DNA from: Hypanus sabinus
Lineage: Eukaryota
Assembly (NCBI RefSeq): GCF_030144855.1
Contig: NC_082709.1
Coordinates: 166,160,001-166,224,000 of the forward strand
DNA length: 64,000 nucleotides
Direction of reading: 5' to 3'
In this document: positions 63,194 through 64,000 of the stretch, piece by piece
Position numbering within the stretch: the stretch's first letter is position 1
Layout of the letters: every line of letters begins with the position of its first letter
Notes under the pieces: model-generated
What the model saw: only the letters and a program-made list of their open reading frames with translations
Database searches by the model: none
Told to the model about the DNA's origin: nothing
Program-made: the position numbers and the translations under genes

Positions 63194-64000
63194 GTGAGAA
63201 CACCTCTGCATTTGGTAGCATGGTCTTAGGCAAAAGATGTAGTCCAGTAATTATTATATGTGAGTAAAAGCTAGGGTAAGAGCAAGTGACCTGACAGCTA
63301 ATGCAAGGGGGTTGATGCTTTCCTGATCTTCGGCGCCTATACTTTCAATCTTGCATCTGAGATTTAGATAGTAAAAGTGCAACCGAAAACCCACTAATCA
63401 CAAGTTGCAGGTCTAAACGGTTATTAGCACTTGAAGAACAAGGCTGTCCTTTTACATTAGCCCTGACTGACTTCATGCTCACATGCAAAATTTCAGATAT
63501 AATGCTCATTAGCAGTTCAAGAAAGAAAACTGAGACCCAGGTGTTCTTAGCCATTGCTTATTTACCTGTGGTTACTGCCTCCACCCTAGAAAAAAAGGAA
63601 ATTCGGGGCGTAATGCTTTACGCCATAATCCACAGATTTAAGTGCAACCAAGTTCATGATCCCTGATTTGAATCCAGTCAGCTCCTCGCACGCTTTCCAT
63701 CCGTGCTGGGTTGAGCATCAAACCATCAGCTGGACCTCATAAAAAAACAGACAAATGCTAAAGAAACAGCATGGTTTCTGCCTGATGTGCCACAAGGCAC
63801 TGGGAGGATGTATATGACTTAAAAGTCATACATGCTGGTGTTTTTTAGATTAAATTTTTAGTTTATGAAGAACAGAGTGATATACTGGATACATTTGTAG
63901 GTAAAATAGTATTACTGATACCTGGACATGATTTATGTCATATATTGCTGTCTCTATTTAAGATACAATACATACTGAAATAAATGGTAACAATGTGTTT

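Overview
Vertebrate nuclear DNA. The repeat content (CR1, Rex/Babar-type LINEs, V-SINE-like SINEs, Penelope-like elements) suggests a cartilaginous fish, probably a ray; this is inference. Genes in the window: DNAJC28 (minus strand, single coding exon 11583-12668); the trifunctional purine gene GART (plus strand; probable non-coding exon 1 ending at 17676, then 18 coding exons from 22996 to 63193 that splice in frame to 862 codons, with the last exons beyond the window; exons numbered as in the mammalian gene); and a probable promoter/first exon of another minus-strand gene at about 7.7-8.0 kb (TMEM50B by synteny, unproven). Main observations: (1) A full-length 2896-bp Buster-type hAT transposon with an intact 644-aa transposase, TIRs and a perfect 8-bp TSD lies in sense orientation in GART intron 3. 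Its internal splice acceptor is in frame with GART exon 3 and is also an AG|GTAAG recursive-type site. (2) The GART start-codon/acceptor region is tandemly triplicated with a 109-bp period, creating potential uORFs. (3) GART intron 11 has a stop codon overlapping AATAAA just after a weak donor, the signature of a monofunctional GARS isoform. (4) Many Penelope-derived fold-back insertions carry minimal hammerhead ribozymes, one apparently intact and in sense within GART intron 10. Most short ORFs in the supplied track are TE debris or chance.
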